Shown here: one piece after another, positions 63,306 through 64,000 of the stretch
Numbering within the stretch: position 1 is the stretch's first letter
Layout: every line of letters begins with the position of its first letter
NCBI RefSeq assembly: GCF_963921235.1
Contig: NC_086107.1
Span: forward strand, 101,558,001 to 101,622,000
DNA from: Mobula hypostoma
Taxonomy: Eukaryota
Length of the DNA: 64,000 bases
Direction: 5' to 3'
Position numbers and translations under genes: made by a program
Notes under the pieces: model-generated
Databases searched by the model: none
The model's input: the letters and a program-made list of their open reading frames with translations, nothing else
Told to the model about the DNA's origin: nothing

Positions 63306-63442
63306 GCATTAAGGAAAACAGTACTTGGATGAATAATTCCTGAAAGGCTATGTAAATAAGATTATTTCTGACATAGGAAGACATTATTATTTTTCATTGT
63401 TAACTCATTCAATTAAATTAAGCTTAATTTGCCATACAAGAC

Positions 63443-63690
63443 CGTAAGACATAGAAACAGATTTAGTCGATTTGGCGCAATGAGTCTGCTCCACCATTTG
63501 ATCGTAGCTCATTTATTTTTCCTTTGAACCCCATTTTCCTGTCTTTTCTCTGTAACCTTTGATGCCCTTACTAATCAAGACCCGATCAACCTCCACTTTA
63601 AATATATCTAGTGATTTGGCCTCCACAGCCATCTGTGGCAATGAACTCCACAGATTCATCTGCTAAAGAAATTCCTCCTCATCTCTATAT
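63443..63690 (-). mobile_element. CR1 3' fragment
   Basis: aagaccgtaagacatag tail complement; ttggcctccacagccatctgtggcaatg. Confidence 0.75.
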
Positions 63691-64000
63691 AAGCCTTAGG
63701 AATTATTACTGAAAATATTAGGGGCAAAATACATGGATAACAAAATTTAGATACGTAACACACATTTTAGGTGGTTCAATAGTTCAACAGTTCCATTTAA
63801 TATCAGAGAATGTAAACAACTTACAACCTGAAATTCTGGTTCTTCACTGTCATCCATGAAAACAGAAGACTGCCCCAAAGAATAAGTGACAGTAAAAGCA
63901 TTAGAACCCAACACCCCCTTCCCATGCACCAGCAAAGCAACGATCCTCCCCCCTCCTGCTTACTTCAGCAAAAAAAGCTTTAGCACAGTCCACCCACCAA

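Noticed and set aside
1..64000. CRISPR arrays, tRNA/rRNA genes, prokaryotic or viral systems
   Set aside because: None seen. The tRNA-like boxes belong to V-SINE heads, and the RT, integrase and endonuclease ORFs all fit vertebrate TE families.

Overview
AT-rich, repeat-dense vertebrate DNA. The CR1/V-SINE/Deu-SINE/Penelope/Rex1 landscape suggests a cartilaginous fish such as a ray (inference). The only host gene I can support is the 3' part of MEI1 (meiotic double-strand-break factor) on the minus strand. It has 11 coding exons from 60863 down to a stop at 6596, which join in one continuous frame with GT-AG boundaries; the 5' part lies beyond the window. The last intron (6654-17381, about 10.7 kb) has minor-spliceosome (U12) signals: a GTATCCTTT donor and a TTTCCATTAAC branch site close to the acceptor. 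Read-through of that donor would give a different short C-terminus, followed by an intronic AATAAA. The rest is mostly nested transposon debris: many CR1 LINEs, an apparently 5'-inverted L1, Rex1/Babar LINEs, and Penelope-like elements carrying minimal hammerhead ribozyme motifs and 10-14 bp TSDs. There are also two inverted IR/DR Tc1 copies bracketing one MEI1 exon, Gypsy remnants, a solo LTR, a hAT-like MITE and SINEs. Almost all ORF-track entries are TE fragments or antisense noise. TE boundaries are approximate unless TSDs or termini are cited. Comparisons to human MEI1 are from memory and need an alignment.
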